A stretch of DNA of 64,000 nucleotides from Chlorokybus atmophyticus (lineage: Eukaryota; Plantae; Mesostigma and Chlorokybus algae): contig RHPI01000249.1 in the NCBI GenBank assembly GCA_009103225.1, positions 246,348 to 310,347 on the forward strand, given 5' to 3'. The first letter of the stretch is position 1. Every line of letters begins with the position of its first letter. Below, one piece after another: positions 49,536 through 62,800 of this stretch. The notes under the pieces are model-generated. The model saw nothing but the letters and a program-made list of their open reading frames with translations. It did not search any database and was not told where the DNA came from. The position numbers and the translations under genes are program-made.

Positions 49536-51598
49536 AATACTGGGCGCTGTGAAGGCAGACGCTCTTTTTATATCCAATTGCAAGCGCTTGTCTGTTGACT
49601 GCGTTATCTATCCCTTAACATAATGCTGCGGCACGTAAGGTGTAACTTCAGGTACATCATCATGTATATGGTTCGGCTTTAAGTGTTTTCTTGCCTATGA
49701 TGGCGTCTTTTGCTACCGTAGCCCAATGGTTTAGATTCTTGATTATTGCACAAGGTCTGCATTTTGCACGCCGTATTTAAAAAGTGGAAGTAAACATGTT
49801 GATTATAATCATTCATAATGCTATATGCTTGATGATATATGAAATATGCTACTCGATCAGCATATACAATCTTATGCTCGTTATTGGCTATTCTTGTGTA
49901 CTTATACCATATAAGCATAATGCTATTATATAAAATGCTAGCTCAGCATCAACAATTGAAAGATGACAAAAGCAATGAGGTCTCAGAAGGCTTGTATACT
50001 GCATTGACACATGGAGAATGAAACGTTTAAGGGTTTACATAAGAGTCCCATTTGCTTGTGGTTGATGAATATAACAAAAATTGTACGTTATGTTATATCG
50101 ATGCAATAATATGTACATCTTGCTAATTTTAAAAAATTGGCGGATATAAGTCCACCTTGGCAAACATAACATCATATAATATATAATGAGATGATGTTAC
50201 TGTATGCATGGGCGTTATGCGCTTACGGGTTTGCCATGAATACAACTTGTAAATCATAATAACATTTTTGCTACATTATAAGTTCATGTCTACGACATTT
50301 GTCACTATCAACCTGCGTTACATTTGACATATGCTACATCATGTTGCAAAAGTGAATTTCATAAAATCATTGATTTATTATCACATGTGTCAAATCAATG
50401 CATGTAGCTACGCCATCGACATGAATTAGCGCGATATAGTCTATATTACCAAGTTCATCACAACATTTATTACATGAGCAGTTCACATGCTATGCGCATT
50501 GGCATATATTATTATTATGTATACTTGAAACTTTGTTTAGACTATTAGTAATGTTTGATGATAACTTCCAACATTTGTGCAAGCGACACATGTCTTAAGA
50601 TAGATCTTGCTAGTGAAATGGATGGTTCTCACACATTGTACTTGGGGTTGAGAGTTTTAAATTTCAACGCTTTACGATGCCCCCTCAAGTTGAGTTGTGT
50701 GGTAGCTGCACCGTCCCTAATAGGTCCTCAAGCTCCGGTTCGGGTCCCACAATCAAGGCCCCAAAAAGATAGAGACCCAGCACGCGCATAAGTGAATCTG
50801 GGCCCGCCGGCTGGTTGGATCCGAACCCAGGCACGCGGCGATATTCAAGAGGGGGGACCTGGCTCCTGGGTCCTGAGAGGGAGAGCTCGTAGGCCTGCAA
50901 GCCTACCCGCAGGCGCGGCACAGATCTTTACGGCAGCCTCAATCGATTCGCTACCGTTAACAGGGCCACCACTGGTGCTGCATCAGCACCGTTGCTGATC
51001 GGTTTATGATTAAAAGTGATTCACAACAAGATGAACCGACGCTTCTCTGCGCGCCGCCTACTACGCGGGACAGCCTTTTGGGCACTAGAATCAAATGGAT
51101 GCATGTCCCTAAACCAACTGCCTGGGGTCCCTGCCCTGACAAGGCAATCGAGTGCGGGTCCCCCTACCGGTCGGACCTAGTACCGAAGCGACGGCAACAG
51201 CATCGTTGGCCAGCGAAGCAAGTGGCAGCTGCCAGTCCTGGACCCGGCCCCTAGAAGGACCCGGGTCCGCGGGTCCAATTTTGTGTAACCAGGCGACTCG
51301 GCGTCAGGCTGCAAAAGCGCACTGGTAAACTTCAATAACGACGCAATCATCACAGCCCCTCCGCACGCCTCAAGGACCCGCTCAGTCCTGGCTTCACATA
51401 GGACTCATGCTGTGCACTTCAACAAGCATTCTTTATTCTTAACAAGGGAGGAAAACGTTCGGATTATGTGAGCAAGGTCCCGTCTTGGGGGGGATTGTTA
51501 TACCGGCGCGCACGGCGGTCTAATTCCGAGGTGAATTTGAAGTACGATGAGCCGCGATCTGTCGCTGCTTGAGGGCTGAACGAAAAAGCGGGACACGG

Positions 51599-54500
51599 AT
51601 GGGCCACGCAGGAGGAGGCGGAGGAGGAAGAGTAGGAGCAGGAGAAGGAGCAGAGGGAGAAGAAGTTGAAGGAGGCGCAGGAGCAGGTGCAGAAGCAGGA
51701 GGACGAGGTGGAACAGAGCTTGAGGGAGGTGGAGGAGGCGGCGGCGGCGTTGCTGGTGTCCTTGAAGAGGGGGACAGCATGGTTAACAGCATCGTCCTGC
51801 ACAACTGTCACGTTATAGACACAGAGTCTAGCACCGTCCTGGAAAACAGAGAGGTAATACCCAGAGCAAGTGTGGTCTAACTTACCTCTGGTCTAGCCTG
51901 CCCTGGCTTGCCCTTGCAGCTTTGTACTCTTTACTATAAACTTGGGTCGTACCATATTTGTGGAAGGCCACGACTGTTAGGTGTGTGTGTGTGTGGTTGT
52001 GCGTTTCTGTTCATGAGAATTGTGTCTGCATATAGTTGTACATTTTATATATCTGCATGTGGTTACGGACGTATCGTGTGTGTGTGTGTTTTAAGAAAGG
52101 GGGGGAGAGGGGGACAACGCTATGCGTGAGCGCATGCATGCATGAGTGTGTGGGTGCGCTCATATGTGCGTACATGCATGTGCGCCTGTATACTTATGCT
52201 CAACAACTGTAACCACGTTCAGATTGTCATACACGGCTCCCGCATCGTGTCGGTTCACCACACCTCCACATCCGCACACCCCTCCTCACCCTCGCTTTCA
52301 ACGGTGTCCCGGATCGGCTTCAGTCTCGGTCCTGATGGAGGTGGAGGAGGAGGTGGAGGTGGAGGAAGTAGTGGTGTGCCACACCCACCCACAACCTCAG
52401 GCAACGTACAGGGAAGCACGGTCCAGCACATAGATGTGGGGGGGAGATATGTCATGCCGGGACTCTGCGATGCACACGTTCACGTCACAGGCAAGTGGGA
52501 TGCGCGTGCATGCGTGCGTGTGTGTGTGCATGGGCCGTGTACGCGTGTGCACACACATGCGTGTGCCTGAGCCTGTGTGTGCTCGCACACATGCATGCGT
52601 GGGTTGGAGCGGGTGCACGCGCGGGTGCCTGTTAGTGCGTGACCTTGTGTGCGTGTGTGTCCACACGCGTGCGCAAGTAGTGTGGGGCAAAAGAAAAGGG
52701 AGNTTTAGTGTCAGATTTGATAAAATGTGATCACTATCTCGTTAGGTACCTTACGATAGGTATCTTTCGATAGGCACCTTATTGATAGGTACTTTATCTG
52801 AGCTGTGATTGGCTCACGCAAGATTTCCTAACTACCTATCGGTAGGGTCGATATTCAGTTGTGAGTTAATTATCGAGAGGGGGCATTGTTTCTATGTGGG
52901 TATGCGTGCATGTGTGACTGCAAGCATGTTTCAGCGATGCCAACACATGCCCTCTTATCAGCCTCTACGGCGGACTTGGCGTCGATGTCGTCGATCCCCC
53001 CGAGCCTGCTGGCGGCGCGCGCAGCCAAGGTGCTTGCGGGGATGCTGCTGAGGGGATTCACAACCGTGCGAGACTGCGGCGGCGCAGACTGGGGACTCGC
53101 ACAAGCGGTCGAAGATGGAAGCTTCATAGGTGAACATTGGGATGCTATGCACATGTGGCTGGGTGGGTGGGTGGGTGGGGGTGCACGTATGTGAGTATGT
53201 GTGCGCGCGCACACACACGCACACATACTCACATATGCACACACACGCACTTGCACGCACACACACGCGCGCAGGCACGCATGCACATACACGAACTGAC
53301 TGACCTGAAACTGTCACTGAGATTTTATAACCTGTGGCAACCAAGGAGCTAAGGAACGCAGCACCATTGACGTGAGCTTAAGCGAGTTGGGGACTTAGTC
53401 TGCGTTGTGTTGTTGTTGCTGCTCAGGGCCTAGGATACTTTACTGTGGTCACGCGTTGTCTCAAACGGGTGGGCACGGGGACTTCCGTTCCCGCGGGGAT
53501 GCGCGCGAGCCCTACTGTTGTGGTGCCGGGGCTGCCACCAACACAACAATAGGTACATGTGGTTGTGTGCTAGGTTTGTTGTCTGTCCGTGTGCTTAAAC
53601 TATTGTATGCGTGTGCGCAGGTCGCGTGTGCGATGGCGTGGATGAGGTGCGCAAGGCAGCGCGGGATGAGCTGAGGAAAGGCGCCCACCACATCAAAGTC
53701 ATGGCCAGCGGCGGGGTGGCCAGCCCCACCGATAGGCTAGAAAACGTTCAGGTGAGTGGTGTAATAGCAAGCCCACTCTTACAGGTGTATGTCTGTGTGT
53801 GTGTGCACATGTGCGTACGTGGGTGTGTGGGTATGTGGTTGCGGGTGTGTATGTGTGCATGCGCGCACATATGCAAACGCTGGCACAACACGTGTACCAA
53901 CCCTCTAACCGCGTCGCATGTGCTCGTCCCAGTTTGCGGAGGATGAGTTGAGAGCATTGGTTGAGGTGGCTGAGAGTTCGGGTGCGTACGTAAGCGCGCA
54001 CGCGTACACGCCGGCGGCGATATCGCGCGCGGTGCGGTGCGGCGCGCGCTCCATCGAGCACGGCAACATGCTCGATGAGGCCACAGCCGACCTCATGCGC
54101 AACCGCGGGGTCTTCCTCGTCCCCACACTCGTCACTTACGACAGGTCAACCAAACACTCTTATGATCTCACGTCTGTGAGTGTATGTGCGCGCGTGTATG
54201 CATGTACGTGTGTGTGTGTCTGCGCGCGCACGCGCGCATGTGCATACGTGTGTTCGTGCGTGTGCACCTGTGTGAGCATGTGTGCTTGTAGTCACAGGGC
54301 TATGGTCATGGTGATATGCATGTTGTGTTCATGTCGTAGGAAACACGGCAGGTTGGCAAAGGAGGGCGCGGCGTGCGGGTTGCCGTTGCCGCTGGTGGCG
54401 AAGGTGGGCAACCTGTTGGAGACGGGGCTGGCGGCATTGAAGTTGGCTCACCAGGCGGGCGTAAGGATCTGCTACGGGAGCGATCTGCTGGGAGACATGC

Positions 54501-54938
54501 ACAAGCACCAGCTGCATGAGATGCTGCTCAGGAGCTACGTGCAGAACTCACCCTCCATAATCAGCGCACTCACCACCAACTGCGCAGCACTGTTCGGGCT
54601 TGAGGTACAAGTGTTCTGCATGGACATGCGTGCGCGTGTGCTTGTGCATGTACGTGCACATTCGGGGCGTGTATGCATGTCTCTGTGGGTTTGCGCGTGT
54701 GCGCGCGCTCGAGTGTGTGCAAAGGTGTCACTAGATGCTCATGTGCATCTGTCAACGCGTCGTTGTGTGTTCATGTGTGTAGGGTGAGCTTGGAGTTGTG
54801 CGCGAGGGTGCGCTTGCCGATCTCCTGGTTGTCGACAAGAACCCCCTCAGCAACATCACCGTCCTGACCGACCCCTCCAACCTGCGCCTCATCATGAAGG
54901 CCGGTGTGACATTCCGAAATACCCTCCCACCCGCATAG
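51599..54938 (+). CDS. Metal-dependent amidohydrolase (Xaa-Pro dipeptidase/peptidase M38-like), 8 exons
   Basis: Motifs: [63 protein letters not shown] and [10 protein letters not shown]. One intron has a GC donor at 52491. Confidence 0.93.
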
Positions 54939-55834
54939 CATTTACTTTTCTGGTGACGGAACCAGATTGTTGGCATCCATTCTTTGCTCCTGATTTCCCC
55001 TTGCACAAGGGGATGCTCTCCTCCCTCCCTCCCAACACATTGCGTTGCTGTTGGTTTTGCATCACTGGTGTGTGTGCATATTTGGCATTAGGTAGGTTAG
55101 CACCAGTTGGCACACACCTGCAGCGGTGCATACCTCTCTTGAGGTGTTGCATTGGTACAGTTGGGGTCACCCAATCTGGGTGTCATTAGATGCCACAACA
55201 CAGTTGTGAGCAGCAGATCAGTTGTTGTCTATGTTGTTCTTGAGACAGCGAGCGCTTCGGTCTAGAACGCAACACTTCACAGTGCATTTTTGTACTTACA
55301 AGTGATTGTACATTTACTTTGTGGTATTCATAAAGATTTCTTGCTGAGTCTTGTTGTTGGTTGGTACAGCGGCTAAGTCATGCATTATACTCGTGATAGT
55401 CAGTGTCACAGCCTTGTGTGTGTATGAAGATTCAGGACATATTGAACACACTTTAAACGTGTTCAGCACCAGCTTGCTTGAACACATGGCACACAGCACT
55501 TCACATACCCTACACACACCTCAAGCAGACCACCTCCAACCACCTTGTGTGGGAGCTAATATTGGCACAAGAAAGATTTTGCACTGCACCTTATGAAGCG
55601 CATCTAAGCGCAGAGGCCTGTAATGATGGTGAAAAGGGGCTCGTTATTTCGTATGCCTGGTTATACAATCTTGGTATGCACAAATGCGACAACAATACTT
55701 GTAGTAGCAGGAGTGCAGCATAGGCCATCTTCCCATTACACTATGTCTTGCTCCCTGAATTTTTTGGGAAGTGTTATTGCAAGGCGTGCATCCTCGCCAA
55801 CTTCCAAGACATGAATAATCACTGTTGCTTTGAA

Positions 55835-58542
55835 TCATATATGCCTGGTATTACGCCTTGGTGACCAATCGTAGCTTGTCGCAACGGGAAAACGTTGTCC
55901 AAAGTCCGTTGATGGAAACTGTATTACATTCTGCCAGAGTGAGAACCGTTTGCTGAAAGAGCGTGAGGTTACTTGGAGGTACCATAAGCATGACATCCGC
56001 GACACATCAACAGAAGGCGGTGGTCTGACCACCAGTGTGATACTCATGTCACCATCAGAGTTGTCGAGTTCAAAGTTGAAGATGAAACCTGCGCCAGACA
56101 GCCAGATTGAAATCAGTGATCAGTGATTGGTGCATTGCCATGGTACATCTCCCATGCGCGCACCAAAGTATATACATTCAAACCTTGCAAGATGCGCGTG
56201 GGCAACATGTATACTGGCACACCGGTTGTGATCCTGTCCATTCGGTAGCTGTACAAGCCATTACCAGAAAGGGTGCGCGAGTCAGGACGAGGGTGCGCAA
56301 CAGCCTCGAGTTTCAAGCTTTTTGCACCATTCATGATTGATGTTTGAGCTGGGTCAGAGCGAGAGCCTACCGCCTCGTGCATCAGATACTCATGGCCGCG
56401 CATGAGACTTGAGAGCGCCACAATTTCTTTGAAGTAGCATGCTGACATGAGTGGGAAGCAAATGGTCCCAACCAACTCTGCAAAGGCGTCACGGGCTTCT
56501 TCAGACTCACGCGTGTCTAAAGAGGAGTGTGCACTGTGCACCCACAAACCCACAAGACAAAATGCCGACTCTTCATCGCCCGCAAGCGTCCTACTCTCCA
56601 GCAGCTTGCGAACGACCTGACTGCCCAAGTAAGCAACACAGCAGAACATCGTCACTTCAGTTTGGTTGTCTCACAATGTGGCATCCTGGTCTCGTATGCA
56701 TGTAGCATGCAGATATGCAACAGCATGTCTGCTGCATTGCTGCAACATCAACACTTACTGGAAGCTTAAACTTCATGAGTCCGCGTCGGGAGGCAGGGAT
56801 GTTGCCAATGCTCTTGTAGTACTTGGACAACATTTGCACAACACCTGCCTGCAAGAAGAAAAGAAACATTTCTCATGCCTTGCATGTAACCAAGTACTGT
56901 GTGTGGCAGTGCACGCGCACACAAGCACGACACATACCTGAAGCTTAAATACAGCAGCATGCGTAAGTAGATGTTCCGGCATGTCTAGCAATTGCAGGCA
57001 GTTGTCAAGTTGTTCAGCCGCAGCCTGCTCATCGAGTAGTTCTTCGGGCCACAAGTACATCACGCACCGCTCCACGCATAATTCAACCGCGTACTTGTCG
57101 GCCGCTTGCAGCAGCCGGAAGAAATCTGCCTCCGTGCGTGCGGTGGACATGCACCCCTGAGTGTAGATGAAGTGCAGCAGCTGCTGGAAGGGAAGCAACT
57201 CTGCAAAAGCAATGGCAAGTCTGTGTGTTGTTGAACTGAACCTGACTGGCCTCAGGCTCATACAATGCGGCAACGTTCTGTACGTTCACAGCCAAAATGG
57301 CTTAGGCTTGCAGTTACACATGCACTGTAATATACAGTTACGCGCACAATAACTGACCTTCAGAACAAGCCAGGTCAATTTGCACAACACAAGTTCACAC
57401 GTACAATGCAATGATGAACTTGAAGATTGCTACAAAACACCACGTTGTACTGCCAGAAACAACGGGTAACATGCAGCACTGTTGATTACTTGTAGCGCTC
57501 ACCATTGTGGCACAATGTCACATGAATGGGCTCTCTATTTGTAAGCGTTGCGGACTCCACCATGCCACTCTCAAACATCTTCCGGAAAACAACGGATCTC
57601 GCAGCCAGGATCGGCCTGCTGAGGTGAAGCTTGAGCTCAGGTGCAGGCGCTGCGCATCAAGGTTAGCCTATCCTGGCAGCCACATGTGCAGCCTAGTACT
57701 GCCACTACTACTGCTCAACGCAGCAGTTGCAAGCGTTGAGCAAGTGCAAAGCAGGGGGCAGCAGTACATGCAGTATACGCGTGCATGCCTGCACGTGTGT
57801 GCGTGCATGCGACCGCTTGTGCATGTGCATACGTGCTTGTGTGTCTGGATGCATGCATGCCTGTGTGCGTGCGTGCGCGCCTGTGTGCCTGTGTGCGTGT
57901 ACAACGCATGGCAGCTGACTCACTTCAAAAGTGTGACCCTATTGTGACCCCATACCTGAGGTGCTTGGGCCATAGGTGGGCGCAACACGTATGTGGACAA
58001 CGCAGTCAGAGTATAAGGGATTGTCGAAGGCGAAGCCGAAATTGCCCTTGTCATTGTGTGGGCACTTGGATGCGTCCAACTCTGAGCAGCGACGTTGCTC
58101 TGGTAGCGCCTCCAAGGACAATATCTCCACAGGGCCGGACATTCTACCTGGATGACTGGGGTTAGACATACTCGTGCTTATGCAGTTGAACAAAGCATGT
58201 TACTACTATACTGCTTTGCAATTGGCTGCATGGGACAACTGTTGAACGCTTGTTTGATAACGAGCGCACAGCCGCATGCCTTCGCTAACGCAGCGCTGAG
58301 TGAAGCCTCGGTTGGCGCCTGCCGGCTTACCTGCTAGCCTAGTATGGTATGGCGTGGAACAGTCCAACCTCCTCTTCACAGTCGGCAGCCCAACCAACGG
58401 CCTGCCCTGGCCTGGCCTGAACCCCCGAGCCCACAACGACAGCTGGCGCTGTCAGCTGCCGTCTTTCGGCTCCTGCACCAGTCTGTCGCCGGCGCACCGC
58501 CGACAGGCTGGAGCACATCGCCGCCGCCTCCACCCCCACCAT
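55835..58542 (-). CDS. BTB/POZ-BACK domain protein (POB1/LRB-like); 5' end unresolved
   Basis: FGFAFDNPLYSDCVVHI, LHLSRPILAARSVVFRKMFESGM, LLHFIYT, LLQAADKYAVELC, LLESRTL..DEESAF..W and FPLMS. Confidence 0.8.
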
Positions 58543-59899
58543 CTAGGTGACCTTGCCGCCCGCTCCCAGACGAGCCCAGTGGTCATAGGCGCGACTGTTG
58601 AGTCTCGCATGTGCGATGTCTGCATTGCATGGTGGCAGCCTATGCAGCTGGTGCATCTTTCTCACACGTTTTGGACAGAATTAAGGCCGCACATAAGTGG
58701 TCAGCGTCCAAGGTGATGTGTCAGCATAGGGTACAGCTGCTGTAACCTTGCTGTACTATAGCAATGAGGCAAAGACCAAGATGAGGGACAAGCAAGTAGA
58801 CTTTGGTATGACAACGGTAGTACCACTAGCAATAGTAATCATACAATTGGATCAGCATCCAATATTGCATTGTCGTTCACAAAGTATTCGACTGCCAACA
58901 TGGCGTTTTTTTAGGATTGGCTAGTAATGGCATCCAGGTTTTGTGCACGAGCAAGCCGTAAGATTGCGGACTGCTCACGCGTTCACAATCTCGCAACATG
59001 TGGTAAGCTATTGGTATACCCATGTGTGTTTGCAATGTATCATCTATTCAGTATTCGTATAATCAATAAGTTATTGATTATACGAAGATCACCAATGTGA
59101 GGATTGTTCTCAATGTGGGTTAAAACTCTCAAGGAAGATTTCTATAATCATGCTGACATATGTAAACATTTGCTGGTATGTCATAGGCCTGGGGGAAAGG
59201 CATCATCAGAGCCTTGCACAACATATGTGAGAGACTAAAAGGCAATGAAAGGTACAAGCTCTATGCATGAAGCCCTCCCTCAAAGCATTGTCTAAATGCA
59301 CGGTGCCTTTTGCTTTACGGATGAGCCACTGTGTGTGGGGCTACAAGCTCAAGGGCTCTACATACCATTCGGTGCAAATGGTACTTCATGCCTTTTGTGC
59401 GTGCGCGCTTATGTGCCATGTGTGTCACGCGCAAAGGGCTGGCGAAAGTCACTCTAAGTTCCCTACTTATGTGGTAAGTAAGAGGGACCAAGTGAGGATT
59501 CCGCATGCCATGGTGTGTAGCACTTGGCATGTGTGCTTATGCGGTCAGTCCTTGTCTACTTAGTAGCTAGGGCTATGTAGCTGCACAAGGCACTGCATAT
59601 CAGCACGCACAGAGCTGTTCGGTGCCATATGCTGTGCATGACTTGTAGAGTGCCAGTGCAGCGACACTGGGGCAGCGTACGTGCTGCAAGTGGCAAATCG
59701 CAGGTCAGTCATGCGGATTGCCAGTATGATATGTTTGGACAAGCACAGGACAGATTTTGGCATTTTGCAAATACTTGTCATATGTTGAACAATCTCGATG
59801 AGAATCCCGAGGTCGATGTCCTGTGATGGGACAGGTCCTTTGTGGACACAGTCAGCATGTGCTGGAAAGTTAGCACACAGTGACAAGGCCTTGGACCTT

Positions 59900-62800
59900 G
59901 GAAATGCTGTGTGCCAGGTCGGGAGAGCGGCAGGCGGAAGTGGTATAAAAGCTCAGTTGCTACCTTGAGTAGGGATCAGAGTGTATTCACCACTAAAGGG
60001 CCACTTGTGTGTGGGGTGCCTGGTTGTAGCTGTTGAAGGGGCTCTCCCCCTCATCCCTTACGGGGTGTGTGTGTGGCGTCTGTGGGTGGCACTTGTGTGT
60101 GTGGGAGCTGTTGGAGGGCTGGTCATCCTCTCCTACCAACTCTAGTGCTGTGTCTTCCCTCCACGAGGTGCTGCACCAGGGTGTGTTGTGCATAAGTCTT
60201 TTGTGCTTGTGCGCAAGTTGGTGNGGGGCGCGTCTATGGGTGGCACTTGTGTGGGTGGGAGCTGTTGGAGGGCTAGCGGTCATCCTCTCCTACCAACTCT
60301 AGTGCTGTGCCTTCCCTCCACGAGGTGCTGCACCAGGGTGTGTTGTGCATAAGTCACTTGTGCTTGTGCGCAAGTTGGTGAGGCTCACTGGCAGGTAAGT
60401 AAGTGGTATCGTTACATTGGACTCGGAGCTTGTTTCCAAGCCTTGCATGCTTGCCTATCAGCTTGTGCACTTGCTGGACGGCGCATGCGTTGCATCTTTG
60501 GCTTACATGCGCTGCACGGCGGTGTTCTCATGCTGATTATGCATGTAGTTGGTCACTCCAGCTGCACACACACTTACATGCACAGTGTGGGCCATGCTGC
60601 ACGCTGAGTTGTGCATTATTTGAGAGTGCTTAAGCACTATGTAGAGTGCAAGAACAGGAGCGCGCGTAACACAAGTGCATGTGTCATTGTGCCCAAGTAT
60701 AGAGGACCGTGGTCGTCCCTTGTCAAGGGTACGCAAGTGTTGCAGGAGATTGACAAGTCACCATCTGGCATATGGTGTTTGTTGCGAGCCATGTATGACC
60801 CGCCTGAGCGGAGCCTTGATGTTCAGCTCCTTGGACTTGATTAGTGGGTATCATCAGATCCGCATCACACCGGAAGATGTGCCAAAGACCGCGTTTCGTA
60901 CGCCGCTTGGCCATTTTCAGTACTACTGAAAGCACTTTATAGTATAAAGTGCTGCCCTTCGGGCTGACGAATGCGCCGGCCACCTTTCAAGCTATGATGA
61001 ACCGTGTGTTTCACAAGCTGATCGGGAAGACAGTACTTGTATACTTGGACGACATCATGGTCTTTAGTAAAGACCCTGAGTCGCATGTTGCACATGTATG
61101 CGAAGTGTTGGAAACGCTGCGTGCGAACCATAACTTTGTTGAACATGCTTGCGTGAAACGTAGTAACATACCTTTTACACCAGTCACGTCGTATGTACGT
61201 GCTGCTGGTTCCACCCTCAATGCATTGGGGAGGTGAAGGGGCGTTCTGTTATCAACAGCCACAAGACTCGACCAACTTTCATCATGGTGGATATAGGTAT
61301 CCCCGGGGTGGTTGTTGTTTTGGGTGAACAATGGCACACCAAAGCAGGTTTGCAATTGAACTCTCGAGCAAATACGTGCACCCTTCGTAAGGGTAAACGT
61401 AAGGTGACGTTAACCGCACCTGTACTCGCACGTGTTGCTCGCGAATGTTCCGCTCCTCTCTGCTATACAACTGAAACGTTGCATGCGTAAACGTGAGAAA
61501 GTATATTTAATGCACTTACAACAGGTGGAGACACCTGTTGAACAGACCGTAACTGACCCTATGGTACAATCACTTACGGAACAATACGCAGATGTATTTC
61601 AGGATGAACTCCCGGAGTTGCCTCCTAATAGAACATACATTATACCATTCCGTTGGAAGAGGGGGCAACGCCACCTTGGCGGCCTATTTATAGGCTAAGT
61701 CCCTTGGAACACGCGGAAATGGAAAAACAGCTTAAAGAGTTATTGGACAAAGGTTTGATATCAAAGAGCGTATCTTCTTTTAGTGCACCAATTTTGTTTG
61801 TGCCTCCTTTTGTTTGTGCCCAAAAAGAATGGCAAGCTACGCATGTGTATTGATTACCGTGCGTTAAACAAGGTAACTCTGAAAAACAAATACCTTTTGC
61901 CTCGGATTGACGATTCTTTGATAAGCTATCAGGTGCAACAGTGTTCAGCACACTGGATTTGAGCAGTGATTATCATCAAGTCAAAAGTCACCCGTCAGAT
62001 ATACCAAAAACTGCATTTCGCACCCCCATAGGACACTTTTAGTATAAGGAGTTATTATTTGGGTTAACATATGCACCAGCTACATTTCAGGCAGCAATGA
62101 ACGCGGCATTTGCTGATGAATTGCACAAGTTTGTATTGGTATATCTTGATGACATTATTGTGTTCAGCAAAACCTGGGAGGAACACCACAAGCATGTGAA
62201 ATTGATTCTAGCTAAGTTACGCGAACACAAGTTCTATGCCAACCTGTCCAAATGCAACTTTGCAAGAGATAAGCTACCCTTTTTAGGGCATGTGATTGGC
62301 AAAGAAGGATTGAAATCAGATCCCTAAAAGGTGTGTGCGGTGAAGGATTGGCCACCACCCAATGATGTACATCAGTTACGTGCTTTCTTGGGGCTAGCTA
62401 ATTATTTCCGCAAGTTCATGCGAGCATATTCTAGCATGGCAAACAAACATCTTTACTGAGTAAGGATGTTTAATTTGTGTGGACGGAGGCACACGTGGTT
62501 GCTTTTACACGCATTAAAGATGCATTAACATAAGCCTTTGTGTTAGCCTTCCTCGACCACACCAAGCCTTTTGTGGTGATCAGTGATGCTTCCACCATTG
62601 GGTGTGGGGCAGTCCTTCCACAGGATAACAGCCCATGTGCATATGAAAGCAGAAAGTTCATTCATGCTGAACGTAATTACACAACCAGTGAGCAGGAATT
62701 CCTCGGGGTGGAGCACGCGCTGCGCACATGGCGTTGCTACTTAGAAGGTGTGAAGTTTTCAATGATTATTGATCACAACCCGCTCACATTCTTTCATACG

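Noticed and set aside
58720-59890. Possible additional decayed retroelement coding sequence
   Set aside because: No diagnostic motif could be read with confidence.
38945-60000. Many short Cys/Val/His/Thr-rich ORFs in the ORF track
   Set aside because: They arise from TG/CA-rich introns or are antisense to real exons.
60060-60380. Tandem duplication in the LTR-like region
   Set aside because: It is centred on N 60224 and is probably two haplotypes or LTR copies joined by scaffolding.
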